In this document: positions 11,454-24,521 of the stretch, piece by piece
Layout of the letters: each line of letters starts with the position of its first letter
Position numbering within the stretch: position 1 is the first letter of the stretch
Assembly (NCBI RefSeq): GCF_000143415.4
Contig: NW_003314369.1
Coordinates: forward strand, 372,001 to 436,000
Length of the DNA: 64,000 nt
Direction of reading: 5' to 3'
From: Selaginella moellendorffii
Taxonomy: Eukaryota > Plantae > Lycopodiophyta
Program-made: the position numbers and the translations under genes
Notes under the pieces: generated by a model
What the model was told of the DNA's origin: nothing
Database searches by the model: none
What the model saw: only the letters and a program-made list of their open reading frames with translations

Positions 11454-13546
11454 ATGTGGCAGCGCCATCGCAAAGCGGCGAAGCAGCACAAGAGTGACGC
11501 CGTGGATCCGGAATGGAAGCTCCTGCTGTTCTTGCTCTTGGCCGCCGGATTGTGTGGATATCGCATCGGAGGCGTGAGCGAGGAAGCGGCATGGACGATC
11601 GACCTCTTCTCGGTGAGGGATTTAGGGGATTTTTTCTTCTTCTCGGTCGGCTGAGGCTACATTCTGCGCCAGGAATATGATCCTCCTCGCTTTCAGTACC
11701 GCGATCTCGTGGAATCCTTCCGGAAAGAAGAGGTATGGCTGCCTCTCGGGTGTTCCTTCGTTTCCCCAGATGAAAATATTCTTACAGGGTAGATTGGAGC
11801 GTCCGGGGTTGTGGGATAGGCCCTCAGACAATGGCTGGAAGCGGTGCCCCGAGGATTTTGATCGTTTCTCACGTAAGTTCTTTGTGACGAGAAATTCGAC
11901 TCTTTACAGCTTTATCAGGTGTGTAGTGACGACATGGGATCGATCTCGCTACTTTCAAGTTCTTTGCGGAGGAGGCTTGTTTCAGCTACATATTTGTGTA
12001 AGAAATGGTTTTGCCTTTTTCTTTGACGAATCTCTAGTGGCTGGTTTCAGGTCTGCAATGCTGTTGCTGTAGCAAGGCTTCTCAATGCTACGCTTGTCAT
12101 TCCATACTTCAAGCACCATCCGTTCTGGAACGATCCAAGGTCTTTGGTTCTACACTTGTTCTTCGATTTGCTTCTTGGTGAATTTACTTGTTTCTGTGTA
12201 TGTTTCAGCCAGTTTGAAGATATTTACGACTTGAACCATTTCATGTCAACCTTGAAAGGCGATGTGAAAGTCGTCACAGAGTTGCCTGCAATGTATAGTT
12301 GGAGCACGCCGAGTTTCTACTGGGGACGTTGCTTGGATAGGCCGAATTGTATGACGTTTCTTCCAAAGCACACTACCCCCAAATGGTTCTTCCAGCACAT
12401 TCTCCCGATTATGGAAAGGTAAACGGGATCACTGTTTTTTCGTTTGCATGTTTGTTAACGGTTATTCCAAAACAGATATGAAGTCGCAGCTGTCGATGGT
12501 TTTGAGCACAAACTTACCTTTGAAGGTCTCCCTGCGAGTATCAGCAAGCTGCGATGCAAGGTGAACTTCTACGCCCTGCGCTTTGTGAAGCCGATCCGGG
12601 ATCTTGGAGATGCATTGACGCTGCGGATGAGAACCAAAACATTATCAGGCGATCCACTGCGTAACCAGGAAAATTCGACAAAAAAGTACATCGGTCTTCA
12701 CGTGAGATTCGAAAGAGACATGCTTGCATATTCTAGTTGTGACTTTGGTGGAGGTCAGGCCGAGCAGAAAGCTCTTGCGTCATTTCGATACCAAGTTTGG
12801 AGGTATGCATCAGCTTAACATTCCTAACTGCGAAATACTACTTTCTGCTTTTCTGTGTTCCAGTAACCGAGTCATCAAAGCGCTGAAGAGGCCTTCTGAT
12901 CTTCGGCGAAATGGAAGCTGTCCTCTAACTCCAGAAGAGGTCGGCCTCCTCCTTGCCGCATTCGGCTTTACCGCCACTACGCCCCTCTATATTGCTGGAA
13001 AGGTACACGAACTCCTTGTTCTTTCGTTTTTCGCCGCTAGACTCGTCTCTAAAACAGGCAGTTTATGGGGGACCTCGGAGAATGGAGCCGCTGAAAAGTC
13101 TGTTCCCTCTTGTCGAAAACAAGCACTCGCTCGCCACGAGACAGGAGCTGGCGCCTTTCCGGAACTTCGCTCACAAGCTGACGGCCTTGGACTTCAGGGT
13201 GCTCTTCAACAGCGACGTCTATATGTCCAATGCCGCTGGAAATCTTCCAAACGTCCTGGTGAGCAAGTCAGATCGATCTGGGATTAGTGATTCCTTTCTT
13301 CCTCCCTTGCAGACGGGACATAGAAGCTACTTTGGGCCTTACGCATCGGTTCATCCCGACAAAGCTCGCTTAGCAACGCTTCTTTCGGACGAGAGACACG
13401 CGACGAACTGGACGAGCTTTGCGGAGCGGGCTTTCGCGGCGCACGAGTCGCGAATGGGAGCGATCGAGCCGAGGAAATCGAGGTACTCCGTTTTCAGGTG
13501 TCCAGCGCCGGATTGTATGTGTTTGCGATCCAATTCGCGAGATTAG
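11454..13546 (+). CDS. O-fucosyltransferase family (GT106/O-FucT) type II membrane glycosyltransferase, multi-exon
   Basis: N-terminal TM (KLLLFLLLAAGLCG), GGLFQLHIC/VCNAVAVARLLNATLVIP, FEDIYDLNHF, RCKVNFYALRF, YIGLHVRFERDMLAYSSCDFGGG, RRNGSCPLTPEEVG, ALDFRV, GHRSYFG. Confidence 0.9.
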
Positions 13547-13564
13547 ATCTTTCTAAAGTTCCCA

Positions 13565-16500
13565 AACTGCAAAATGACTATAGTGCTAAACATTGTTGCC
13601 CAACCTTTGTATGGGAGCCTATTACATCTGTAGCGATTACTTAAAATTGTGTGTCCTCACACAAAAGACCGATTAATCTGTTCCTTGGACATCCCAACAA
13701 GAACTACACAAATTTTCCTTCATAGCGTCAATATAGCACAAATCTTTGCACGCATGGGATGTTTATGCATACTCAAGCATACATCAGTTCTCTAGCCATG
13801 ACCACATTAATTTCAAAAGATTTGTGAGCTTTAGCGGGATAAATCGTCACAACAAACGTTTAATATTATTGGTAAATGAGTAAATGTGGTAACAGCATTT
13901 TAAAAACACCACCGACTCCTCTTCGTGCTGGGCTCTTCATCAAAACTGTCATCTTGCTCATTACTAGGTTTGTAGACGAGATCAAAACACACAGCACCTA
14001 ATAAACCTACAAATAAAACATAAAAAACTAATAATAAAAGAATTAAAATAACTTACCAAATGGACTCTGTGCTGGATACCCATACAAACATTCATGAACC
14101 TTTGGCACAAGCACCACCATCCTTTCAGATTTTTTGACTTTGGAAATCAAGTTACCCAATGCTTGATCGGTCATAAAGACTATGGCATAATTCTCACCTG
14201 AAAATACACACAATTAACCTCCCACAACTAGAAAATGAATACCTTCATTCATCCAATGCTTTATTGTCCATATTCTTTTCTCAAAGTTTTCTTCCCAGTT
14301 GGCTTGCTGCCCTTCATAAACATCCCTGTTATACAGTACATTACATTGAGCTTTATAAAGGTTTTTTATACCTGTGTTTGCTCTCAATAAATAAAAAGAA
14401 ATCTTGCAGCTTGTTTTCAGCATCCACCAGCTGCAGATGGATGAAGCTATCAGGTTCGTGGTTGCTAACACCAACCCAATAAAACTGCTGACTGTTGTCT
14501 CTTAGGAAGGCCTGAAATACATCTGCTGTATGTATCTGATGAGGCTGATGTGTCGGACGTCCAAACTTTGCACCAGCTGGCACCCGGAACTTCAAAGCTT
14601 GCATACTTGCAGGAATGCAGAAATTGGAGGGAAGAATTTCTTCGAGTCTAAACTTGAATACTGTTCCCTTCCCCTCACGATCATGAAAAAGCCGCAACAT
14701 ATAGATCATCAACACAATGGACATCAGATCAGATACCTCCTTGTTTTTGGGATTAGAGATTAGTTTAGATGGACACAAATCCTGGAGCTCCACCACATGT
14801 AGGTTCTCGACGAGATGGTAAATGAGGAGTGGAGAGAACATGATGGAGAAAGTAGCATCTTCATCTCTTGATAATTTAATCTTCTTGTTAGATGATAGCT
14901 CCTGTAATTGACAACCGCAGAAGTTCTGACATAAACTCTGAAATATCAAAATAGTACCTCGTTGCGTAAGAGTCCAACTAAACCGCAAGACTCTAAAGAC
15001 CCCCAGTTATCTTCGTATCTGCTACCTGGCCAGACTAGTTCTTCCCGACTGATCAGGGTCCCCAGCAGTGCAACATAAAAAGCTCGTAACACCAACAAAT
15101 ACTTCTCGTCCTTAAGGTACCGATAATAAAACCCACGTTTGATATTACCCCAGGCGGTCGTTATTGTGTTACGGAGATCGATTTGAGTGAGATCTTGATT
15201 CACCTGTAACAAACATAGAAATTTTCTCATCACATCAAGATAAAAGACAAGGAAACCTTTTCATAGAACTTCGAAGCATCCAGGTCAGGCATCAACCCTC
15301 TCAAAAGGTGATCAAGCATGCGAGGATTCCCTCCTGATAACTTTATCAGGTTCCTTAGTCCGTCCTTGAGCTCAAATGGTTTCTCCATGTCCAGAGTATT
15401 TCCTAGTCTTGTAAGGAAGATTTTCGTAACTCTGACCACCTCCTGCTCTTTCAAAGGCCTGATAGGTATAAAAATACTTAGAGCCTTCTCCGTTGATGTG
15501 TAGCGCATTGTGGCCCCGGCAAATTGGGTCGTTGCTGCTGTAAGTATAGGAAACGTCAGGCCACCTCGGTTATCTTTGATATGTTGAACGTAGGCCGAGA
15601 AAGCATCATGAATCCAGGACGATGCTGGTGGGCGACCGTGCTGAGGCCGGGCCTTGTTGACGTCATCAAAAAACCAAGATAGGAAAATTCGCTTATCTGC
15701 AGGAACCTTAAGACCAGTTCGAATGAAGTCGATCACATCTCCGAAAGTCAGCACATTCCTCAGGCCTGGAAATTTGTCATCCAACTGCCTGAGAAAGCCG
15801 CCATAACCAGTAGTATTCACTGGACAAAGAGCTGCATGAAAGCACCGAAGGGCCAAAACCTGTTCTGCTGCCAGGCCGTTCTCCAGGGGAGTTACATGCC
15901 CTGCCCTCGTAGTTTCAACCGCATGATACATTGTAAGATCTCTGCCGGTCTCCAACACGTTGTTCACCATTTCTTTGAACTGCTTCACAAGGCCTTTGTC
16001 GCCTAGCTGATCCTCTACAAGGCCATCTATATCCCCTGTTTTTGTGTCCCTCTCCCACGCTTCTCTGAGAAGAGCTGAGAGGCATGTCCCGACAGTTGTT
16101 TTACCTGCGCCGGGAAATCCGATGAGCATCAACAAGAACTCTCTTTGTTCAATATCCGAGGCATTGGCCGTCGTGTTCATGAAAGTTCCAAACACCCTTG
16201 CAGCGGCTGCCATCAGATGCTGAATCGTCTCCTCCCTTCCGACCAAAGTAAAATAATCTCCCAAGTCCGTACATAAACCACCGTTGTCCAGAAGAGGAAA
16301 CTTGCAGGTTGGCACCCTCGTCTCAGGCATCCGGTGAAAACACCTTGCGCGCTGCAGTTGTTCTCCGTATACATCCAGCAACTTGGACACTACAACACAA
16401 ACCGATCCAAAACGAACTCTTTAGCAAGCCAGACAGACAAGAGCGAGTGCTTACCTGGCGCAGCTTGAAGTGTTATCGCCGCCGTGGTGGCTGAAACAGA

Positions 16501-17563
16501 AATGTAACAAATAGGCAAATACATAGCCACAAAACGAGGAAACAGGCGCGCAGCCAAACATAGAGGAGGCCAGCCCACAACAAACAAAACCACGAAACGA
16601 GATAGACAACTTACGGTTCAACAAGGCATCCCACAGCTGCTGCTTTCTATCCCGCAGCTGCTCCCTCTCGTCCTGCAGCTGCTGCCTCTCGTCCCACAGC
16701 TCCTCCCTCTCCTCTGGATCTTTTGCCTCTTCGATTAGCTTCTTGACTGCTTCCATTTGCTGCTCGAGTGCTTCGATTTTCTCCACGAGTGCTTCAATTT
16801 GCCTCGCAATGGATGCAGACATTGTTAACCCTAGTCGCCAAATGGGCTCTGAAAAACTTATATAATTGACAAAGCACTCTGATACGCTTGTAGTCCTAAA
16901 ATATGCCTTTCCCCAAGTCTCGACTTAAGCTGCCTGAAGGAACGAAAGGATGCTGTTGCTCTTGATACTGTGGTGGTCGACTTGGAGCTTAGCGTGCTTG
17001 AGGGAAAGATGGTGACGCACCTGTAAACTATATATCAGTGATTAGCAGCGACCGAGCATAGCTCCTTCCGTTCCGTTGAGGTTGGCGAACCCGTTTCCAG
17101 CCCCAAAGGTACACTCTACCTGTGGCTCTTTGGGCCGTTCTAGGGAGGTTACAGGCTTCCAGCTTCGTCCCGCATGTTCCACATCAAGCTCCATAAGGAG
17201 CCACCTCCGGTTAAGCAACAGCTCGTCACGGAGCATCTAGTGCGGAACAAGCTGCGAGACAGCAGCTTGAGTGGGTCTCCCGCTCTGACCTGGCTCTTAA
17301 GACTGGAGGGGGATTGGATGTTAAGAGTGGTTTGTTGAGGTATACGCTCTCTATGACATGATCCTAAGTGGCAGTAGTACCACTTCATTGATTGTATATT
17401 TGGTTATGACATTGTATTCGACTATCTTTGGAGTCATTGTTTTGCTTCCGTGCACTTCTTCTTTCATGGTTTTGATTCAGTGTGGGACTTGTACACATGG
17501 GTTATGACATCATTTTGCAACCTTCTTCTCTTGACAATAGATATATTCAACTCCTTCATGGAT
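13565..17563. repeat. Right arm of ~4-kb inverted repeat (pairs with 6826..10850)
   Basis: Reverse complement of the left arm, with more indels outside the coding exons. Confidence 0.9.
13900..16822 (-). CDS. Coiled-coil + NTPase + PD-(D/E)xK nuclease + NLS (family B, copy 2)
   Basis: Same exon structure as copy 1 (ORFs 16451-16822, 15230-16390, 14946-15233, 14353-14988, 14214-14474); stop TAA at 13900-13902; Walker A/B, GNPR and PD..ExK motifs intact. Confidence 0.8.
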
Positions 17564-17679
17564 CGTGCTCGGGCATTGCCAAAAACAAGCTCTTGACCTG
17601 GTCGATATGGTTGGGCATAGAACGCTAGGATAAAAAACGATAAGTATGGAAAACGCAGTGCGCAACAAAGTTTAGGCAA

Positions 17680-19900
17680 ATAGAAACTTTACCTCATCGG
17701 CCAGATGAATCGAACAGACCCTTGGCCTCCGTAATCCAAGAGCATTCCTGGACATTATCGAGTTTAGAGAAGAAGGGCATTCCATGTCACGAGATCTCTC
17801 GATGGTGCAGATTTGATACAGCCACTCATGCCATCCGTATTGAATATGATTCTTAAATGCTGTGACCAATATGCCAATGTGTTCGACGTCATCTTTCGTG
17901 TTTGCTGTTGGTTTCAGCCACCTCTAAAGGAGTTGCTAGCACGGCATTACATGTAGTAAGATTTCGCTGGATGCCGGAGAGGAGCTTGATCTCTTGGACA
18001 TTGAAGCTGGCGGCGGCCAGGCAAATTTCTTACACGATGCCCGAGTCTCGCGCAGCAATGGTTCACGCAGCACGGAGATCCGCAGGAAGCATCTCGCCCA
18101 GCACGGCGGCGACCTCAATCAAGCAGCTCTTCCATTCCCCGTTCACTACCTTGCGTGTATGCTCCTCGCACTTGAGCGGAATGATTTTTAAAGCCGAGCA
18201 AGTAAACCAACTGGATCAGCCGGGTCAACCCCCATACTCACTGAAGAAAGAACCCCAAATGTCATTTCTGTGCACACTGTATTACAAATGGATTGCATAT
18301 TTTTACACAGGAGACACATTAAAGAGAGGATGAAATCTCAATTTCATCCTCTGCACAAGGTTCTTGTATGTAATGAAATGCATAGTACTCACCAGACGTC
18401 GTGGAAGAGGATCTTGCTTCCTGCCATTCACTGGAGAAATCCATAGTGAGCAACCAGATGTAAAAAGAAAAAACCTAGACATACCGTATGGTAACAAGAA
18501 GCGTAGAGGATCGCCGATGACGCGATCCTCCGGGTCATCTGCGAAAGAACAGGTCAGATTAGTTACCTTGCTTGTAAGCCTTACCAATGTCTTGCCATTC
18601 CGTGTTCAAGAGCTCCTCCAACATAGAGTCATCGAGCCGAGGACGCTTAACGCTACCGTTCGTGAGCGTGTTTTTGAAGCGTGATTACTATAAGGATTTT
18701 GCTTCGGTCCTTGAATGGTCCAACTATAGATTTACACGCCTCATTCAGGCCCTGCAAACGAAGCATTTGGATGGAGCACTGTTCAAAACAAAGTATGCAC
18801 CTCAACATCTATGCGGCTCTGCAGGATCGGTAGCATGTAGTCCGTCTCCCGAATGTAGGTCCATATTTGCTTGGAGCCAATCACTAGATACTGATCTGCG
18901 GTTTGTAGACGTTCCTTGACACACAAAAGTGTGAGAAAGAGACTCGCACTGTGCACATAAGACATCACCTGATGAAAATAGAACAAGATGGCTCATCACT
19001 TCCATAGTTAGGAAGCTCTTCCTTATCCATTACTGGTGATAGCCTGTGGTAAAATAAAAGGGCTCCAACTTCCTGGCAAGGATTATATGCGCGTCCGAAT
19101 CCCCAGCAGTGTACACCCATCTTTCATGAACGATAACCACCACACTGTTGAACTTCGTCGCCAGAAACACTGCAGGCCCGTGGAAGTCTAGCTCCTCAGC
19201 CAGGCCTTTTACTTGCTCGTCCATCCTGAAACAGCGATTAGCAACTAAGGTATAAGTAAAATGAAGCTCACTTCTGGAAGGCAGCTTCCAGAGCAGGCTT
19301 GATGTCCTCTGCTAAAGGCTTTGTACCCAGAGCCTCTAGTATATATCTGACGAGGAACTTGACTCGCAAGTTGAATAACTTGTGCACTGAATCTCTATCA
19401 GAAACACTCAGAACCATTTGTGTCATATTTGGAGTGAACTTTCTGTGTTGCTTGTTTTCTTGCCTCCTCACGAGAAAATCCATCAATCTTATTAGTGAGG
19501 TTCAAGATATCATTTTCCACCCAGTTCTGAAAAACAAAACAAATCAAAACAAATATCATAAAGTGGTTTAACACTTACTGGAAACATCTTCGCAATACGT
19601 CAAATCGCTGTGTATGTTCATCCAGAACCTCCATTTACGCCAGAAACCTAATTGAAAATGTTCAAATAAACCTATTCTTCATTAATCTTATTTTAGTTAA
19701 AAGGAAAGAGCAGGTACTAGGAACTTGACTCGTAAGTTGAGTAACTTGTGCACTGAATCTAGAAACACTCAGAACCATCGACCAGTACCCTCTCCATCCA
19801 TTCCCACATATACATCATGAAGTGCAGCGATCGTGACGTCGCCAGCCACATCCTTGTGCACGTTGAATCTCTGTGTGTCGAACCGCACAATTAGCGCCAG
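17680..19900 (-). pseudogene. Degenerate multi-exon gene of unknown family
   Basis: Coding-like segments flanked by GT/AG sites (19268-19486, 19030-19224, 18802-19005) with in-frame stops; ~60-bp internal duplication at ~19354 and ~19720. Confidence 0.35.
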
Positions 19901-20450
19901 AAATCCTAATTTCTTGGTAATTTTCTTTCTAACTGCCAAATTTTTTTTAGGTTCGGGTGTTGCTGGAGAATCAACTGCCAGTGGATCTGGAAGAGGAGTT
20001 CAAAGTGTACTTCAAAGGCAACTACGATGAAATGCTAGTACTGCCGTTCATTGATCGACATATATTGACACAGTTTGCTAGGCATGAAAGTGAGGAACTC
20101 GGTAACAGCCTTGTTTGCTTGCTTTGTTTTTTCCTTGCAAGGGAATTCTGATCGACCGACCTGATTCCACGGAAGAGATCTATGAGTTCTATGATTCACT
20201 TTGGTTCTGCCAGAGAGTAGGTTGATGTTGCAGAAGCACACGCTTGGGATGAGTATATAAATTTGCGCACATTACTTTCAAAACAAAGTTTTTCTGATTT
20301 AAGACGATGCTTTACTCCGGGCCCTTTGTTTGTGTCTCGAGATTCTACCTGAGGTCGAGAGTTCGAGCCTCTCTCACCCCATTTTTTCTCCCAATAAGTT
20401 TGCGATTTTATTTAAATCATAGGACAATTCATTTTGTGCCTCCAATTTGG

Positions 20451-20768
20451 TTAGTTCTTGATGCAGTGGTCCTTGCTCCATTTCCAGCCAAACTGGCATT
20501 GGTGGCACTTGTTGTTGTACCAGTACCAGTTGCTCGGGCAACTCACGCATTTGCTTCCACTCCACTTCCATCCGGAGAGGCATCGGTGGCAATCGCTGCT
20601 ATACCAGAACCAACCTTTGGGACACTGAATGCACTTGTGGCCATCCCAGTTCCATCCAGATTTGCATCGCTGCTGGGCTGCTGCGTTTGCGATGCCACCG
20701 AAGTCCACTCCAACCAGGAGGATTGTCACAAACATGGCCAGAAGCATCAGTTGGGACTTGCTCGCCAT
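20451..20768 (-). CDS. Small secreted Cys/Trp-rich repeat peptide (105 aa; five C-x3-W-x-W-x4-C-x2 units)
   Basis: Hydrophobic signal peptide ending ANAAA, then CKSGWNWDGHKCIQ CPKGWFWYSSDCHR CLSGWKWSGSKCVS CPSNWYWYNNKCHQ CQFGWKWSKDHCIK; conserved in paralogue. Confidence 0.85.
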   Translation of the reverse strand: MASKSQLMLLAMFVTILLVGVDFGGIANAAAQQRCKSGWNWDGHKCIQCPKGWFWYSSDCHRCLSGWKWSGSKCVSCPSNWYWYNNKCHQCQFGWKWSKDHCIKN

Positions 20769-21333
20769 TGTATCGTCAATCTAGAAATGTAAACTAATTG
20801 CTTTTCTTGTATCTCTTCTTTCTCTTGATTAACTGCTTTGCTGGGTTCTGCCAATGTGTACCAATTTATATGGAGGAGTTGAGGCTGAGTCCAAGTAAGA
20901 CAGCTATGCACACGGTTTTTACTGCGTCTCTGGCAAGACATGTCGTGTTTGTGCTCGATTGACGGGGTCAATCCAAATGAAACAGTCTCAAGATTCCTAT
21001 TTAAGTCCATGAAATCATCAAAAGTTACGAGTTATGCATTAAATATGATAATATTTTTAAAGGTAAATAGGCAAGAAATTTACGAACCGTTAGAAACAAA
21101 AGACACCCAATTTCTTGTTGGAAGGAGAGAAATGTAGATTAGAGTCTGGGCACAAGTACGAGTGGACTTTAAATACCTTGTATATCCTGAATGAAATCTC
21201 AGAGTAAAAGTGAAACTGGCAGCTGGTGCACACTTTTTCTACCTCTTGTTACTTGCCAAAAGAACATAGAAAACGGCAAAAAAAAAAAGAAATTCCCAAG
21301 AAAAAAGTGGGTAAGGGATGGCACCAAATGAGT

Positions 21334-21438
<105 letters not shown>

Positions 21439-21666
21439 AAAGAAAACACTTGATTTGTAATGCAAATAAGATGTGCATAAACTCAATCAAAAGTAATTTT
21501 CTCTACAACCAAGTATTTATACTACATGCCTCCAACCCTTCTATAGAATTTGTATGCTTCAGTAGCAAGTGTCTTGTTAAGCAGACTCTGCATGAGCTTT
21601 AAAATGGGATGTCATGGAAAGAAAAGCACACACATTTTATTCACCCAAAGGTTACAATGATCATTG

Positions 21667-21960
21667 TCATTGACATCCTATATGAACTTGGATCTCGATG
21701 GGCAACTTCACATACCAGTACCAGTTGGTCGGGCAGCGGTGGCAAGAACCCGAATACCAGTACCAATTGTGCGGGCATTAATATCGCTGGCAAGAATTGT
21801 TGTACCAGTACCAGCGGAGCGGGCAAGAGACGCACTTCTTCGCATCCCAGGGCCATCCCGGCTTGCATCGCCTCTGGGCGCTCGCACTTGCAATTCCTCC
21901 AATGTCAACTCCCACCAGGAGCACCATAAACATCGCCAGCAGCATCTTGTTGCTCACCAT
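21667..21960 (-). pseudogene. Third Cys/Trp repeat peptide gene, stopped after two units (60-aa ORF 21778..21960)
   Basis: Signal peptide + CKPGWPWDAKKCVS CPLRWYWYNNSCQR, then TAT TAA, then in-frame CPHNWYWYSGSCHR CPTNWYWY... Confidence 0.7.
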
Positions 21961-22331
21961 CTTTAGAACTTTCCTAGACTTGCGTAGAGAAACTAACTTT
22001 GATGTGCTTGAGTGCGGGATTGACCGCGTCTTATAAGGATAAACACGTTCAGTTCCGGATGACTCGTTGACTTTCTCAACGTTAAAAAGTCAAATGTTAT
22101 GTGAAACTGCGAAACAATGAGGTGACAGAAGGATGGAAATCAATTGACTTGAATTACCTCAAACAATGGCCGGCCTTGTCCATCCATAGCATTTTCAAAA
22201 CAAAGTTTTTATGATTTATGAGGTTGAGAGTTCGAACCTCTCTCACCCCATTTTTTCTCCCAATAAGTTTGCAATTTTATTTAAATCAGATTTAAAATCA
22301 TAGAACAATTCATTTTGTGCCTCCAATTTGG

Positions 22332-22649
22332 TTAGTTCTTGATGCAGTGGCCCTTGCTCCATTTCCAGCCAAATTGGCATTGGTGGCACTTGTTGTTGTA
22401 CCAGTACCAGTTGCTCGGGCAACTCACGCATTTGCTTTCACTCCACTTCCATCCGGAGAGGCATCGGTGGCAATCGCTGCTATACCAGCACCAGCCTTTG
22501 GGACACTGGATGCACTTATGGCCGTCCCAGTTCCATCCAGATTTGCATTGCCGCTGGGCTGCTGCGCTTTTGATTCCGCCAACGTCCACTCCAACCAGGA
22601 GGATTGTCACAAACATGGCCAGAAGCATCAGCTGGGACTTGCTCGCCAT
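22332..22649 (-). CDS. Small secreted Cys/Trp-rich repeat peptide, paralogue of 20451..20768
   Basis: 105 aa with the same five repeats; flanks ~22190-22985 duplicate ~20275-21060. Confidence 0.85.
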   Translation of the reverse strand: MASKSQLMLLAMFVTILLVGVDVGGIKSAAAQRQCKSGWNWDGHKCIQCPKGWCWYSSDCHRCLSGWKWSESKCVSCPSNWYWYNNKCHQCQFGWKWSKGHCIKN

Positions 22650-24521
22650 TGTATCATCAATCTACAAATGTAACTAATTGCTTTTCTTGTATCCCTTCTT
22701 TGCTTTGCTGTGCCAGAGTCGTGCCAATTTATATGGAGGATTTGAGGCTGCTATGTACACGGTTTTGACTGCTTCTCGGGCACGATATGTCGTGTTTGTG
22801 CTTCATTGACGGGGTCAATAAACAAGTGTAGGACTTTATCCAAATGAAACAACCTCGAGTTTCGTTGTGAAATTATCAAAAATATCCCGGTGACTAAATT
22901 GCGACCCATCACTATTTTATATGAATATAAATTGAGTTGCTAACTGGCTCATATGCATTAAAAAATATGATAATGTTTTTAAAAGTGAACGCACTTATTG
23001 AGTGACATGTATGTGGTGGAGAAAAGGCCTCAAGCTTCTAAACATTCCTAAAAAACTTTATGAAATATTAGAAAATGAAACTCAAGCAGCAAGGCAGGAT
23101 GAAATCTCTTCTAATCTGCGACTCCAAAGTCATTCCTGTGGCCAGGGAGTTTGTGGAGAATGCCCGAAACTTCGATCAGTGGGGCTGCTGGGGATGCCAA
23201 AGAAAAATCAACCATAAGAATCGATCTCATCTGCATTGGGTTGGTTTGGACCTGGTCACAGATGAATGTCGCAGGTACGGAGTCACCCCAGACGTGTTGT
23301 GGTTTGGGGACGAAGAGCTCATTGGCAAAGGTGACTGGATTGCTCGTCGGACACACTTAACTTGGAAGCTACTCAGAGCATTGTTGTGGTGGCTATGGAT
23401 TCCATTGCTGCCATGAGGAACGTTTTGAGGAAGGTGGTGGAGGCTAGGATTGAACACCTGCATTCTGGGCTCGAGTATGAAGGGAGATGATGAAGTCTAA
23501 TCCTTCCAAGAAGGTGAGGAAGAAGGCAAGGGTTGGAGTTATGTTGCCAGGCTGGAGGCTGTGCGAGATCCGGGTGGAAGAATTCAGCTGCCAAGCTCAA
23601 GGATCTTGAACAAGTTGGCTCTGCAAGTTCACCATTTTACTGGTAAAAGTCCAGGATAAACATTCAAAGTTGGGCAAAAATGTGCAGCTTGAGAGCAACA
23701 GGATCATCAAGTCCAAGAGATTCCTTTGATGATTGATTTTTCTTTTCTCTTTGTTTATAGTTTGCACAGCACATATGGTGGTCATCAAAATGCCTTTTCT
23801 GCGCATCTTCATGTCATTTTGTATCTTGGGAAAACACAAACATCCCTTAGATTCGCTTTCCTTGCGGACCTTGTGCTTTGAAAATGGTTGCTTGCTTCCA
23901 GTCCCTCTACACATAAAACTACAAAGGCTGTTTGGTTAGATTTTTTGAGCTCATGAGCAATAGCATCGAATGCTATAAACACGTATGTATATTTCAAGTT
24001 AATACTGTTATGAACTTTTATTGATCACGTTGACTTATATTGAACAAGTTGACTCTTAATTGACTTAGCTCGTCAGCTCAAAAGCGGTTCGGCCAGCTGC
24101 TGGGCTTGGAATCTTTATGACAAATGAGCAAGAAAGGCTCTGATTGAGTATGAGTGGAATGCGTAACTTTACACTGGATTAGCATGGGATAAACTGCCAC
24201 GTCGGAAAGCCAAAAATGACGTGGCTTCATGAGAGGCTGCCACGTCGTGCCCTAATCAGGGTTCCGGGATCGGTCAGTTAATTTCGTGGTGAGATTCCAC
24301 CGGCCGGCTGAAGCCCTAGGAGATCTCACTGTGGCTGCGAGCTTGCAATCGCGAAGAAAAATGCGACACGCCCAGATTTGCTAGCTTTCACCATAGTTGA
24401 TCGGGCAGGGTTCTTCTAGCTCGAGCACCACGGAAGGAAGGAAGAGAAATTTTGTAAGAAAATGTGGTGGTGGCAAGCCTGGATTGTGGATGCGCATGAA
24501 TAACAGCAGTGGCTCAAAGGC

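Noticed and set aside
7601-16822. Calling family B a canonical CC-NB-ARC-LRR gene
   Set aside because: No LRRs, MHD or standard RNBS motifs; the C-terminus looks like a nuclease
23002-23700. Overlapping short ORFs
   Set aside because: No recognisable domain or consistent exon structure; probably degraded sequence
24195-24250. Three CCACGTC/GACGTGG ACGT-core boxes upstream of CEP41
   Set aside because: Short motifs with no independent support for function
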